Shown here: positions 44,126 to 44,573 of the stretch, piece after piece | Layout: each line of letters opens with the position of its first letter | Position numbering within the stretch: position 1 is the first letter of the stretch | Origin: an archaeon | Lineage (GTDB): Archaea > Aenigmatarchaeota > Aenigmatarchaeia > GW2011-AR5 | DNA: 44,573 nt | Direction: 5' to 3' | Assembly: GCA_016191585.1 (NCBI GenBank) | Contig: JACPVU010000018.1 | Span: 1 to 44,573, forward strand | Translations under genes and position numbers: made by a program | Notes under the pieces: model-generated | Told to the model about the DNA's origin: nothing | Seen by the model: only the letters and a program-made list of their open reading frames with translations | The model's database searches: none

Positions 44126-44573
44126 ATGGCTGCAACGCCCAAAGACCTTGAGGAAAAACTGGACAGGCTTGAGAACAGGCTGAAAAGCACGTTCCTTGAG
44201 ATAGAAAAGCGCTTTGAAAGCCTGAAGACAGAAGAGCCTTTTGCGCTGAGCATAGAGACAAGGATCCAGGAGTTGGAAGACCTGCTTCTTTTGCAGCAGT
44301 TAGAAATAACAAAGATAAGGGACAGGGTAGGTGACATAGGTTTCGGATCAGAACCTATAATACCAAATGTAGAAGAAAGGCTGAGGAGGGTCGAAGAAAG
44401 CATTTCCGACAGGGGCGAAACAGCTGTGCCGGTTGTCCAAGTGCAGGGAGACACTTTCAAGAAGATAGAGCTGCTTGAGAAGCGCATAAATGAAATGGCA
44501 CCAAGTGATCAGACACCGAAGATGCCGCGGCTGATGACAAAAGAAATAGGTAAGGAGCTTGACTTGCTGGAAA
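44126..44573 (+). CDS. coiled-coil protein, 3'-truncated by the window edge (not in the ORF track)
   Basis: The ATG at 44126 is preceded by an AGGTGA SD motif. 'MAATPKDLEEKLDRLENRLKSTFLEIEKRFESLK...' stays open to the end of the window. The listed antisense ORF 44110..44487 is its Ser-rich shadow. Confidence 0.65.
   Translation, partial: MAATPKDLEEKLDRLENRLKSTFLEIEKRFESLKTEEPFALSIETRIQELEDLLLLQQLEITKIRDRVGDIGFGSEPIIPNVEERLRRVEESISDRGETAVPVVQVQGDTFKKIELLEKRINEMAPSDQTPKMPRLMTKEIGKELDLLE

Overview
This is a compact archaeal chromosomal segment with coding on both strands and roughly 40% GC by eye. A GGTG(A) Shine-Dalgarno-like motif sits 5-9 nt upstream of many starts, and AATCTTTATATA-type TATA boxes recur.

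Core information-processing genes are present. They include MCM, TBP, TFB, ATP-dependent DNA ligase, GatD/GatE, aIF5A, a histone, dph5, a Dph6-like PP-loop ATPase, an XPF/Hef tail and an RPA-like OB-fold protein.

These are interleaved with accessory blocks:
1. Islands of small hypothetical genes at 8.8-10.1 kb and 14-17 kb. They include an HExxH protein, a LysM-like membrane protein and VapBC. Two unrelated genes carry the same roughly 45-nt promoter/leader module.
2. At 17-21 kb, a tandem family of four paralogous 4-TM proteins, interrupted by a membrane-anchored SAM methyltransferase and followed by two coiled-coil proteins.
3. At 21.4-33.3 kb, a type IV pilus-like locus. It has a secretion ATPase split by a 503-aa LAGLIDADG intein, a divergent FlaJ/TadC-like platform protein, and a 10-gene operon of proteins with N-terminal hydrophobic helices. 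Five of these are 41-58-aa mini-ORFs, four of which fall below the ORF-track cutoff. The locus is punctuated by long intergenic regions packed with perfect nested inverted repeats.
4. A frameshifted IS6-like transposase.
5. A wHTH plus split-nucleotidyltransferase (AbiE-like) pair.
6. An M23 peptidase, a minimal K+ channel and a small archaeosortase.

A dispersed structured repeat of about 95 nt sits directly upstream of three unrelated minus-strand genes. No rRNA, tRNA or CRISPR array was recognised by eye. The taxonomic guess (DPANN-like or other small-genome archaeon) is inference only.
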